From: an uncultured Gemmatimonadales bacterium
Lineage (GTDB): Bacteria; Gemmatimonadota; Gemmatimonadetes; Gemmatimonadales; GWC2-71-9
Assembly (NCBI GenBank): GCA_963828735.1
Contig: CAWHFW010000005.1
Span: 2,624,001-2,688,000 of the forward strand
DNA: 64,000 nucleotides
Reading direction: 5' to 3'
Positions 41,562 to 51,059 of this stretch are shown piece by piece. Positions within the stretch are counted from its first letter, which is position 1. Every line of letters starts with the position of its first letter. A program made the translations under genes and the position numbers. Under the pieces are notes generated by a model that was not told the DNA's origin, did not search any database, and saw nothing but the letters and a program-made list of their open reading frames with translations.

Positions 41562-42361
41562 AGGATCCGCCAGTCGGTCCAGATGCCCATCGAGCAGAGA
41601 CGGACGTAGATGTCGGCGAAGGCGACGGAGAACAGGCTGCACCACGCCCACCGCATGTGGCCGCGGTTGAGGCAGCTCGAGCAGGCGTAGAGCTGTCGCC
41701 GCACGGGACGGCCCGAGAGCCGGTCCAGGTAGCCGCCGATCACGTGGCGCATGGAGTGGCAGCCCAGCGTGTATCCACCGAGCAGGAAGACGTTGGTCGC
41801 GAGCACGAGCGTGCCGACGCCGATGCCGAACGTCGTCCGGCCGGTGGCGGCGTCGGTGAACCAGAGCGCCTTCCAGACATCGGACAGGAGCACCACCAGG
41901 AAGCCGAGCGCGACGTAGAGGAAATAGCGGTGGATGTTCTGGACGATGAGCGGAAACGACGCCTCGCCCCGGTACCGGGCCCGCGGCTCGCCGACGGTGC
42001 AGGCGGGTGGGTCGGCCCAGAAGGCCTTGTAGTAGGCGCCCCGATAGTAGTAGCACGTCACCCGGAATATCCCCGGGAAGGGGAGGATCAGGAGCGCCGG
42101 CGAGAACGGCAGCCAGGCCGGCCACCATCCCGGCTTCGCCCCGAACCAGGCGTGGGGCGAGTCCCCGAACAGCTCGGGCGAGTAGAAGGGCGAGAGATAC
42201 GGCCCGTACGTGTAGTGTGCGCCCTGGAACGCTGCCCACGTCGCGTACACCATGAAGCTGGAGAGCACGAGAAACACGACGGCGGGCTGGATCCACCACG
42301 CGTCGCGGCGCATGGTCGCACCGAAGCGGCGGCGGGTGAGCTGGTGGGGCACATCGGCCAT
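41558..42361 (-). CDS. Membrane anchor of an Sdh1-type (Rv0249c-like) succinate dehydrogenase
   Basis: Several TM segments; YLSPFYSP, FRVTCYYYRGAYY, QNIHRYF, GCHSMRH, HMRWAW; first gene of the sdh operon. Confidence 0.82.
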   Translation of the reverse strand: MADVPHQLTRRRFGATMRRDAWWIQPAVVFLVLSSFMVYATWAAFQGAHYTYGPYLSPFYSPELFGDSPHAWFGAKPGWWPAWLPFSPALLILPFPGIFRVTCYYYRGAYYKAFWADPPACTVGEPRARYRGEASFPLIVQNIHRYFLYVALGFLVVLLSDVWKALWFTDAATGRTTFGIGVGTLVLATNVFLLGGYTLGCHSMRHVIGGYLDRLSGRPVRRQLYACSSCLNRGHMRWAWCSLFSVAFADIYVRLCSMGIWTDWRIL

Positions 42362-42524
42362 GGACTCGATCCTCCGAGGGGATACCCCAAGATGCCTTAG
42401 CCCGTCCGGGCTGGCCAGCGCCAGACGGCCTGGCGGAGGGTCCAGGGGACGCGTGTCTTGCCCTGTGCCGCCCGACGTCATATATGATGATTGCGGCGCA
42501 ACCCGTCGCCCGGCGGCCCCGAGC

Positions 42525-43235
42525 ATGCAGCTGACCCTCCTCGAATCCGAACGTAGCTTCCTTCGCTCCGCTGAATGCGCCGCGTTGAGCATCGTGGCGC
42601 ACCTGGGAATCATCTGGGCTGCCATGACCGCCACCGACGGCGGCTTCCACCTTCCAGTCACCGAGCGGGACGCCCGACTCATGTTCCTGCTCCCGCCCGA
42701 CCGGATCCCCGCGGCCGAGCGCGAGTCCAAGATTCCCCGGGTGGGGAAGCTGGGCGCTGGCCTCGAGGAGGCCGACGCCGCCGGTCCGGGCGAGGGCATG
42801 CGCCTGCAGGCCGCGGCCTCCACCTCGCGTGCCCACAGAAAGGGCACGCGGAGCGGTCCCCGCAAGGACCTGCCGATCGCCCCGACGCCCTACGTTCCCG
42901 ATAGCGTCTACAGCGCGCTCCAGGTGGACCAGATGGTGGAGCGCTTCGAGAGCAGCGCCGCTCCGATCTACCCACCAGAGCTCATCCAGCGCGGCGTCGA
43001 GGGGCAGGTAGACGCGACCTACGTGGTCGATACCCTGGGGGCCGTGGACACGGCCACCTTCGAGGTGCTGCAGAGCGACGACTCACTCTTCACGGAGTCG
43101 GTCCGGACGGCGTTGGCCGACATGCGGTTCCGGCCGGCCAAGCGGTCGGGGAAGACGGTGCGTCAACTGGTGGCCCAGCGGTTCCGCTTCAAGATCGCCC
43201 CGACGACGCCGCCGGCCGTGAACGGTCCGAGCTGA
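42525..43235 (+). CDS. tonB: TonB-family energy transducer
   Basis: N-terminal anchor with SIVAH motif; TonB_C PIYPPEL..GVEGQV..MRFRPAK. Confidence 0.8.
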   Translation: MQLTLLESERSFLRSAECAALSIVAHLGIIWAAMTATDGGFHLPVTERDARLMFLLPPDRIPAAERESKIPRVGKLGAGLEEADAAGPGEGMRLQAAASTSRAHRKGTRSGPRKDLPIAPTPYVPDSVYSALQVDQMVERFESSAAPIYPPELIQRGVEGQVDATYVVDTLGAVDTATFEVLQSDDSLFTESVRTALADMRFRPAKRSGKTVRQLVAQRFRFKIAPTTPPAVNGPS

Positions 43236-43304
43236 CAGATCATCGCCGCTGCGGTTGCGGCCGGCGCCGTAGCAATAGAAGGTCGCAACAGGTTGGGAGG
43301 CGGC

Positions 43305-43943
43305 ATGCGCCTGACCGTCGTTTCATCCATCGCCTCGGTATGGCTGTCGGTATCCCTTTCGGCGTGCGGCTCCATACAGAGCGCCGTGGCGCCCGCCGCC
43401 CTGTCCACTCGTGAAACGCCCGCCATCGGCTCGGTGCCCGACGGGATCCTGCTCGACGTCATCCGGCACAGCGAGCTGATCGTGCTCGCCGTCCCGCAGG
43501 ACTTGCTCCCGGCGACCGGCTCCCTCAGCCCCACGATCCAGTTTGGTGCCAAGGAGACGTGGTACAACGTCAAGCTCACGGTGGATTCGCTGCTGAAGGG
43601 GCGGCTTGGCCACGCCAAGTCACCCGACTACGGATGGCTTCCCCCGGCCTTCCAGCCTCCCGCGCCGTTCGCTCAGCTGGAACGCAACGAGATCGTGATC
43701 CAGTATCCTGCCGTCACCGCGATGAATAGCGACTGGGCGGCCGCGCCGCCGCCGGTCGTCGGCGAGCGCGCGGTCTTCCTGTTCAGGCGATGCTGGAACT
43801 GCATCACGCTCGGCATCGCTACCGGGCGAGGCCAGTACAAGGCGAATCCGCTGGTGGCGACAGGGTGGGGAAGCAAGCTCGACGCGGCGGAGTGGCCGCG
43901 GGTGGTGGCGCTTCTCACGCAGGCCAAGGGAGGGTGGAAGTAG
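43305..43943 (+). CDS. Hypothetical lipoprotein
   Basis: GGGAGG RBS; lipobox LSAC. Confidence 0.65.
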   Translation: MRLTVVSSIASVWLSVSLSACGSIQSAVAPAALSTRETPAIGSVPDGILLDVIRHSELIVLAVPQDLLPATGSLSPTIQFGAKETWYNVKLTVDSLLKGRLGHAKSPDYGWLPPAFQPPAPFAQLERNEIVIQYPAVTAMNSDWAAAPPPVVGERAVFLFRRCWNCITLGIATGRGQYKANPLVATGWGSKLDAAEWPRVVALLTQAKGGWK

Positions 43944-43951
43944 GACTGACC

Positions 43952-43984
43952 GTTCGACTGTGGCGTCGAGTTCGACTGTGGCGT
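43952..43984. repeat. 15-bp direct repeat, two copies
   Basis: GTTCGACTGTGGCGT at 43952 and 43970. Confidence 0.8.
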
Positions 43985-44113
43985 TTTGTCGTGGAAACCA
44001 GCCCGCCGCAGCCGAGCCCCGCGCGCGTAGAATCGGCATCCGGATGACGAGCGACGGCCTTGCCGCTGCCCCGCCAGGCGGTACTCTAGGATACCGCCTT
44101 TCTAGGCAGGGCC

Positions 44114-46378
44114 GTGCTCGATCCGCTCGACGACCTCCAGATTGCCCTCGAAGGCCGCTACGCGATCGAGCGGGAGATCGGGCACGGCGGCATGGCCGTG
44201 GTCTACCGTGCCCGCGATCTCCGCCACGACCGCACCGTCGCGCTCAAGGTGCTGCAGCCCGGTTTCAGCGCGAACCTCGGCGCCGAGCGGTTCCTGCGGG
44301 AGATCCGACTTATCGCCCGCCTGCAACATCCGCACCTCCTGCCGCTGTACGACTCCGGCGACGCCGGCGGCCTCCTGTACTATGTCATGCCCTGCATCGA
44401 CGACGGCTCGCTTCGCGATCTGCTCAAGCAGGAGGGCCGCCTCCCACCGGCGCGGGCGCTCCACCTCGCGCGGGAGGTGGCGGACGCCCTCGACTACGCG
44501 CACCGCCAGGGCGTGATCCACCGGGACATCAAGCCCGAGAACATCCTGCTCGAGGAAGGCCACGCGATCGTGGCCGACTTCGGCGTCGCCCGGGCGGTGA
44601 GCGCGGCGAGCGAGCGCGGGCAGACCGAGTCCGGCGTCCTGACCGGCACACCCACGTACATGAGCCCCGAGCAGGCCGACGGAAATGCGCCGCTCGACGG
44701 CCGGAGCGACCTCTACTCGCTCGGCTGCGTGCTGTATGAGATGCTCGCCGGGCATCCCCCATTCACCGCGGGCTCGCCGATCGCGCAGATCACCCGCCGG
44801 CTCACCGAGCCCGCCCCGACGCTCCGCTCGGCGGGTGTGCCGGCGCCCGCGCCGCTCCAGGACCTGCTGGACCGGCTCCTGGCCCGCCAGCCGGCGGAGC
44901 GGATTGCATCGGCGGGCGAGCTCGCCATCCAGCTGGCCGAGCTCGATCGGGGGCCGACCCGGGGAACGGGAACGCCGGCTGAGGCCGCACCGCGCCGGCT
45001 CGCCGCGATGGCCGTGCTGCCATTTGTCAACGTGAGCGCCGATCCAGAGAACGAGTACTTCAGTGACGGCATGACCGATGAGCTGATCACCGCGCTCGGC
45101 CGGGTCGAGGGGCTGCGCGTAGTCTCGCGCGGGTCGGCATTCACGTTCAAGGGCAAGGACGTGGACGCGCGCGAGGTGGGGCAGCGCCTCAACGTGGGCG
45201 CGGTGCTCGAGGGAAGCGTGCGGCGCGCTGGCGACCGCATCCGGGTGTCGGCGCAGCTCGTGAACTCGGCGGACGGCTATCAGCTCTGGTCCGACTCATA
45301 CGAGCGGACGCTGGCCGATGTGTTCGCGCTCCAGGAGGAGCTGACCCAGGCCATCGTCGGGTCGCTACCCCTGGCCGCGCCGCCGTCCCGGCCCAGCACG
45401 CTGGTGCGGCCGTCCACCAGTACCACCGAGGCGTACACGCTGTACCTCCGCGGCCGCTTCGAGGCACTCAAGCGGTCGCTGCCGGGGCTCATCGCCGCGA
45501 TCGACTACTTCGAGCGGGCGCTCGAGCGCGACCCGCGCTACGCGCTGGCCCACGCGGCCCTGGCAGAGTGCTGGTTCCTCAGGGGCTTCGAGGAGTTCGG
45601 CGACCTCGCGCCGCTCGAGGCCATGCCACGCGGCAAGGCCGCCGTGCGGCGGGCGCTCGAGCTCGAGCCCGACCTGGCCGAGGGGCACTGCTGGAGCGGC
45701 ACGGGGAGCCTGCTGTTCGACTGGGACTGGACGGCCGCCGAGACGTCGTTCCACCGTGCGGTCGAGCTCCGGGCCGACTACTCGCTGGCGCATACCTGGT
45801 ACGCGGTGTTCCTCATGGCGCGCGGACGACACGACGAGGCGATCGCCCGGAGTCAGCTCGCCGCCGAGCTCGACCCGCTCGTGCTCGCCATTCAGGCGCT
45901 CATCGGCCAGTGCCACCACTTCGCGGGCCGATTCGACGAGGCGCTCGTCCGCCACCGGTCGACGCTCGAGTTGGACCCAGGCAACCTGCAGGCGCTGCTC
46001 TGGTCGTCCCGGACCTACCGGGCGCTGCGGCGTCCGGCCGACGCGTTGCCCCTGGTCGAGCGCGCGCTCGCGCAGTGGGGCCGGATGCCCGCCCTGCTCG
46101 GCGAGCTGGGGACGGTGCTCGCGCCCCTCGGCCGCCAAGACGAGGCGCGCGCGGTCCTCGCCGAGCTCGGCGGGATGGCGGAACGGCGATACGTCTCACC
46201 GTTCTTCGAGGCTGGGATCTGCGGGGCGTTGGGGCTTGAGGAGCAGTGCCGCTACAAGTGCGAGCGCATGGAAGAGGCGCGATCCGGGATCATCCCGTTT
46301 CTCGGCGATCCGGCGTGGGACTGGTACGTGGAATCCGCATGGTTCCGGGACCTGTTGCGGCGGACGGGCGTGCGCTGA
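44114..46378 (+). CDS. Ser/Thr protein kinase with TolB-like domain and TPRs
   Basis: [45 protein letters not shown] repeats. Confidence 0.9.
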   Translation: MLDPLDDLQIALEGRYAIEREIGHGGMAVVYRARDLRHDRTVALKVLQPGFSANLGAERFLREIRLIARLQHPHLLPLYDSGDAGGLLYYVMPCIDDGSLRDLLKQEGRLPPARALHLAREVADALDYAHRQGVIHRDIKPENILLEEGHAIVADFGVARAVSAASERGQTESGVLTGTPTYMSPEQADGNAPLDGRSDLYSLGCVLYEMLAGHPPFTAGSPIAQITRRLTEPAPTLRSAGVPAPAPLQDLLDRLLARQPAERIASAGELAIQLAELDRGPTRGTGTPAEAAPRRLAAMAVLPFVNVSADPENEYFSDGMTDELITALGRVEGLRVVSRGSAFTFKGKDVDAREVGQRLNVGAVLEGSVRRAGDRIRVSAQLVNSADGYQLWSDSYERTLADVFALQEELTQAIVGSLPLAAPPSRPSTLVRPSTSTTEAYTLYLRGRFEALKRSLPGLIAAIDYFERALERDPRYALAHAALAECWFLRGFEEFGDLAPLEAMPRGKAAVRRALELEPDLAEGHCWSGTGSLLFDWDWTAAETSFHRAVELRADYSLAHTWYAVFLMARGRHDEAIARSQLAAELDPLVLAIQALIGQCHHFAGRFDEALVRHRSTLELDPGNLQALLWSSRTYRALRRPADALPLVERALAQWGRMPALLGELGTVLAPLGRQDEARAVLAELGGMAERRYVSPFFEAGICGALGLEEQCRYKCERMEEARSGIIPFLGDPAWDWYVESAWFRDLLRRTGVR

Positions 46379-46549
46379 GCTCGGCGCAGGGCGGGGGTCC
46401 GGCGCTCGCCTCCCGAAATGGTTGCGGCGGAAGACCCCTTTCCGCTCCTGGCGCGAGGCCATCTCTTGACGCCTCGCGTTCCGCGCCGTAGGCTCTCCGA
46501 ACCCTCGAAGAAAAGACTCGAGCGTTCCGGCCGGCTCCTGGAGGAAGCC

Positions 46550-47905
46550 ATGCGACTCGTCATGGCGCTGGGTGCAGTCGCGCTCTCCCTGTCCGCCTGC
46601 GGCGGTGGCGACGACAACGGTCCCTCGCCGTCGCCGGATCCCACCCGTCTCGCGTTCCAGGTCCAACCGACCACGACCACTGCCGGACAGCCGATCACGC
46701 CCGCCGTCCAGGTCGCACTGCAGGACGCGTCCGGCAACCTGGTCACGGCCGCGACGAACCCGGTGACGCTCGCCCTCGGCGTGAATCCATCCGGGGCGAC
46801 GCTCGGCGGCATTGCCACGGCGAATCCGGTGAATGGCGTCGCCACCTTCGCCGACCTTGCGATCAACAAGTCGGGCACGGGCTACACCCTGAGCGCGACG
46901 TCCACCGGTCTGACCGCAGCCACCAGTGCGGCATTCGATGCGACGCCGATTCCCGGACTCGCGGCGGCGATCGCGCCGTCGGCGGGCGACGGCCAGAGTG
47001 CCACGGTGGGCCAAGCGTTGGCGACCAATCCAGCGGTGACGGTCACAGATGGACTGGGTGATCCGGTCGCTGGCGTGGTCGTTACCTTCGCGGTCGACGC
47101 GGGAGGTGGCACCGCCGCCGGTCTGGAACAGACGACGGATGCCGCTGGCGTGGCCACTGTAGGGCCATGGACACTCGGGACGACCGCTGGCCTGAACCGG
47201 CTCACCGCCACCTCGTCGGGGCTGGAGGGCAGCCCCGTGACCTTCACCGCTACCGGGACGGCGGGGCCGGCCACCGCGATGCTTCAGAATTCGGGCGACA
47301 ACCAGGTCGCCAGCCTCGGATCTGCCGTGGCAGAGGCGCCGTCTGTGTTCGTGACCGACGCCTTCGAGAACCCGGTTGTAGGGGTCGGGGTCACATTCGA
47401 GGTGACGGCGGGTGGCGGCGAGGTGACCGAGGCATCGCAGGTCACCGATCCGGACGGCGTCGCGACCGTAGGGAGCTGGAGGCTGGGTGGTACGGCTGGG
47501 CCGAACAAGCTGAAAGCGACGTCATCGGGGCTGACCGGCTCGCCGGTGACCTTCAGCGCCACGGCCACGACCTTCCCGACCAGCGTGACCGTCGAAGTGC
47601 ATACGAACTTCTTCCTCAGCGTGCGGAACGGCAGCGGCGCCAATCCGGGCGTGTTCGGCTCGGTCGCCGTGGACACGGTCGCCGTCGGCGGCACGGTGAC
47701 ATGGGAGTGGGCCGGCCAGCAGCACAACGTCACGCCATACGGGAACTCGGCGTTCACGGCGAGCTCCACGCAAAGCGCGCCCGCCACGTTCGGTCCGATC
47801 GCCTTCACGGCGCCGGGCACGTATGTCTACCGCTGCACGATTCACAGTATGGTGGTGGACATACTAGGCCTGGTGGGCATGAGGGGCGAGATCGTCGTTC
47901 GCTAG
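46550..47905 (+). CDS. Lipoprotein with Ig-like repeats and a C-terminal cupredoxin domain
   Basis: Lipobox LSAC; repeated GDxQ..P.V.VTD..PV.GV.VTF Ig-like units; HNVT..YRCTIH..M type-1 copper motif. Confidence 0.78.
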   Translation: MRLVMALGAVALSLSACGGGDDNGPSPSPDPTRLAFQVQPTTTTAGQPITPAVQVALQDASGNLVTAATNPVTLALGVNPSGATLGGIATANPVNGVATFADLAINKSGTGYTLSATSTGLTAATSAAFDATPIPGLAAAIAPSAGDGQSATVGQALATNPAVTVTDGLGDPVAGVVVTFAVDAGGGTAAGLEQTTDAAGVATVGPWTLGTTAGLNRLTATSSGLEGSPVTFTATGTAGPATAMLQNSGDNQVASLGSAVAEAPSVFVTDAFENPVVGVGVTFEVTAGGGEVTEASQVTDPDGVATVGSWRLGGTAGPNKLKATSSGLTGSPVTFSATATTFPTSVTVEVHTNFFLSVRNGSGANPGVFGSVAVDTVAVGGTVTWEWAGQQHNVTPYGNSAFTASSTQSAPATFGPIAFTAPGTYVYRCTIHSMVVDILGLVGMRGEIVVR

Positions 47906-47949
47906 GCCGCGTTGCTTGGGCCTCCCTCGGCGCCCGGAACGCCGAGCAG

Positions 47950-49113
47950 CTACCGGATCGCCTGCACCACCGGAACCTTCGACGCCCGCCGCGCCGGAAA
48001 GAACCCGCCCACCATCCCCATTACGACCGCGAAGATGAGCCCCGCCAGCAGCAGTACCGGCGTGATCCGAAAGCTGAACGCGATCTCGCTGAAGTTTGCC
48101 CAGTTGGTCGTGCTGGTCACGATCCCGTTCATCGGCAACGCCAGCAGACACCCGATGATCCCGCCGATCCCCGCGATCACCGCCGACTCCGCGAGGAAGC
48201 TCGCGAGGATGCTCCTCGGCCTGAATCCGAGCGTCAGGAGCACAGCGATCTCCGGCGCCCGCGAGGCTACCGCGGCATACATGGTGTTGACCGCCCCGAA
48301 CACCGCCCCCACCGCCATGATCCCGGTGATCATGATCGCGAGGATCCGGAGGATCCGTCCGAGCAGCTCCGACTGCTTGGCGTAGAAGGCGGACTCGCGG
48401 TACACGTCCACCGTCACCCGCTTGTCGGCCTCGAGCATGCGCTTGGCCTCGTCGAACGAGGCCGGATCCGCCAGGCGGAACGCGAGCGACTGAAAGCCCT
48501 GGCGGCGCATGGCCGGCATGATCTGCTCGTTCTCACCCCAGATCTCCGACTCGAAGGCCGACCCCGCGGCCGCGAAGTGGCAGGTCACGGTCCACGGCTG
48601 GCCGGCGAAGTGCATCGTCTCGCCGATGCCGGTATTGGGAAACCGCCCGACCAGCCGCTTGCCCACGCAGATCTCGTTCTTCCCCGCCGCCGGGCGGGTG
48701 CCCTCGAGCAGCGCCACGTTGTTCCGCACCTGCCACGCCTGCGCGCTCACCCCGCGCACCACGACGTTGGCGAGCTTGGTGGTGTCGCCCATGCGGCCGA
48801 GCGGGATGACGACATACACCTCCGGGCTCGCGAGCGCCCGCCCGTCGGGGGCGCGCGCCACGTGGGGCGAGGCAACCAGCGTGTTGATCGCGTCCCGGTC
48901 GAGCCCGCTCGACATCTCGGAGTCGGCGCCTTTCCGCAGCACGAGCACGTTCCGCTCGGAGCCGGTGCGGGTGAGCGCCGCGGCGAAGCCGTTGGCCAGT
49001 GCCAGCATCCCGATGAATACCGCGACCACGAGCCCGATGCCGAGCGCCGTGAGGGCGGTGGACACGGGGCGCTGCCGGACGCTCCGCAGGTTGTAGGTGA
49101 GCGGGATCTTCAT
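47950..49113 (-). CDS. ABC transporter permease (MacB/FtsX-like)
   Basis: One N-terminal TM, periplasmic domain, three C-terminal TMs; EIAVLLTLGF. Confidence 0.88.
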   Translation of the reverse strand: MKIPLTYNLRSVRQRPVSTALTALGIGLVVAVFIGMLALANGFAAALTRTGSERNVLVLRKGADSEMSSGLDRDAINTLVASPHVARAPDGRALASPEVYVVIPLGRMGDTTKLANVVVRGVSAQAWQVRNNVALLEGTRPAAGKNEICVGKRLVGRFPNTGIGETMHFAGQPWTVTCHFAAAGSAFESEIWGENEQIMPAMRRQGFQSLAFRLADPASFDEAKRMLEADKRVTVDVYRESAFYAKQSELLGRILRILAIMITGIMAVGAVFGAVNTMYAAVASRAPEIAVLLTLGFRPRSILASFLAESAVIAGIGGIIGCLLALPMNGIVTSTTNWANFSEIAFSFRITPVLLLAGLIFAVVMGMVGGFFPARRASKVPVVQAIR

Positions 49114-50252
49114 TCGACGTTCCTCAAGGCCGCCACCACCGGGAGCCGAGCGGCGCGGACGGCCGGCACGATGCCGCTCGCGAGCATCAGGAGCAGCGCG
49201 ATGACGGCGCCGATGCCCAGGGTCTGCCCGTTGACGTCGAAGCCCGGAAGGAATCCGGCCGCGTTGAAGTTGGTCGCCTTGTAGAGGATCTTCGCCGCGC
49301 CGAGCCCGATGACGGCGCCGGTCACGGTGATGAGGCCGGCCTCGACCATCACGAGCCCGAACAGGCGGCGGTCGGAAAAGCCGATGGTCTTGAGCACCGC
49401 CAGCTCGCGGGTTCGCTCGCGGGCGCTCATCATCATCGCGTTCGCCGCCACGAGCAGGATCGCGAACACCACCGCCATGCCGATGGTGTTCATCAGCAGG
49501 CTCACGTTGCCCCACATGGTGGCGAAGCTGGCGTTGAACGCCTGCTCGGTGCCCGTCTTGGTCGGTGCGCTCGAGTTGCGGAACAGGTCGTCGATCGTCT
49601 TGCCGACGATGGGCCCGTTCTGCGGGTGATCGATCTGCATGATGTACCAGCCGGCCATCCCGTTCCGCCCCGAGCGCTCGTCGAGGTATTCCCAGTGGAA
49701 CATCATCGCGTCGTCGTTGATCACCGGGTCGGTCGGCGTGTAGACGCCGCGAACGGTAAAGGTCCAGTCCCCCGGATAGATGGTGCCCCGGAGCGTCACG
49801 TTCTGGCCCACCTTCCAGCCGAACAGGTCGACCAGCCGCGCGCCGATGAGCGCGCCCGAGCGGTCCTGGAGGAACGCCTCGCGCTGGTCGGCCGGCACGG
49901 ACATCTCGGGATAGAGGTCGAGATAGGTCTTCGCGTCTATGGCGAAATTGGCGAAGAACCGCTTGCCGTCGCCGTACTGTCCGCCGAACCAGTTGGCCCA
50001 GGTGACCTTCTCGATGCCGGGCACGGTCGCGAGCCGCTGGGCGTACGATACGGGCAGCGGGAAGATGAGCCCGCTGGCATTGGTGGAGACGAGGCGTCGG
50101 GCGCTCCCGAAGTCGGCCGCCGCGCGAAGCGTGGTGATGACGGTGCGGAGCGACGCGAACAGGAAGAGCGCGAGCGCCACGCTCGCCACGGTGAGAAGGG
50201 TCCGCCGCTTGTGGCGGCCGAGATAGGCCGTGACGAGGGGAAGGAATCTCAT
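49110..50252 (-). CDS. ABC transporter permease (MacB/FtsX-like)
   Basis: RERTRELAVLKTIGF FtsX motif; ATGA overlaps. Confidence 0.88.
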   Translation of the reverse strand: MRFLPLVTAYLGRHKRRTLLTVASVALALFLFASLRTVITTLRAAADFGSARRLVSTNASGLIFPLPVSYAQRLATVPGIEKVTWANWFGGQYGDGKRFFANFAIDAKTYLDLYPEMSVPADQREAFLQDRSGALIGARLVDLFGWKVGQNVTLRGTIYPGDWTFTVRGVYTPTDPVINDDAMMFHWEYLDERSGRNGMAGWYIMQIDHPQNGPIVGKTIDDLFRNSSAPTKTGTEQAFNASFATMWGNVSLLMNTIGMAVVFAILLVAANAMMMSARERTRELAVLKTIGFSDRRLFGLVMVEAGLITVTGAVIGLGAAKILYKATNFNAAGFLPGFDVNGQTLGIGAVIALLLMLASGIVPAVRAARLPVVAALRNVE

Positions 50253-50959
50253 GAGGCCGCTCCCGCCGTGACCGACGCTGGCTGGCCCTGCTCCACGAAC
50301 GTGCCCTTCTCGAGGTGGAGCTGGCGCTTCGCGCGCGTGGAGACCTGTGGGTCGTGCGTCACCACGATCACCGTCTTGTCGAACTCGGTATTGAGCCGGC
50401 CCAGGAGTGCGAGCACCTCCTGCGAGCTCTTGGCGTCGAGCTGTCCGGTGGGCTCGTCCAGGAGGATCAGCGTCGGATCCGCCACGACCGCGCGCGCGAT
50501 CGCCACCCGCTGCTCCTGGCCGCCCGAGAGCTGGCGCGGGTAGTGGTAGAGCCGGTCGTCGAGGCCGACGACGCCGAGCGCGATGCGCACCCGCTCCTCG
50601 CGCTCTCTCTTCGAGAGCCGCGTGAGCAGGAGCGGGAGCTCGACGTTCTGGAACGCGGTGAGCACGGGCAGGAGGTTGAACGACTGGAAGACGAACCCCA
50701 CGTTCCGCGAGCGCCATTCCGCGAGCTGCGCCGGCGTCATGGCGCTCACTTCGGCACCGCCGACGCGCACCGTGCCCTTGGTGGGCTTGTCGAGCCCCGC
50801 GATCAGGTTGAGCAGGGTGGACTTGCCTGAGCCCGACGGTCCCATGAGGGCGGTGAAGGTGCCTTGCCCGATGTCCATCGAGAGGCCATGAAAGACGTCG
50901 ATCCGCTCGGCGTCGCGGTGGAACGTCTTGTGGACGTCCCGGATTTCTACCAGCGCCAT
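50249..50959 (-). CDS. ABC transporter ATP-binding protein (MacB/LolD-like)
   Basis: GPSGSGKST, LSGGQEQR, LLDEPTG, VTHD. Confidence 0.93.
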   Translation of the reverse strand: MALVEIRDVHKTFHRDAERIDVFHGLSMDIGQGTFTALMGPSGSGKSTLLNLIAGLDKPTKGTVRVGGAEVSAMTPAQLAEWRSRNVGFVFQSFNLLPVLTAFQNVELPLLLTRLSKREREERVRIALGVVGLDDRLYHYPRQLSGGQEQRVAIARAVVADPTLILLDEPTGQLDAKSSQEVLALLGRLNTEFDKTVIVVTHDPQVSTRAKRQLHLEKGTFVEQGQPASVTAGAAS

Positions 50960-51059
50960 TGGTCGGTCACTCCTCGGGGCGAGAACCCCGCATGTGTCGT
51001 CCTGAGAGCCACCCCGCGAAGCCAGGCGTGCGTGTCTGACGCATGGCCCCTTGCTTCCC

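Noticed and set aside
43952..43984. CRISPR mini-array
   Set aside because: Only two 15-bp units with a 3-nt gap, and no cas genes.
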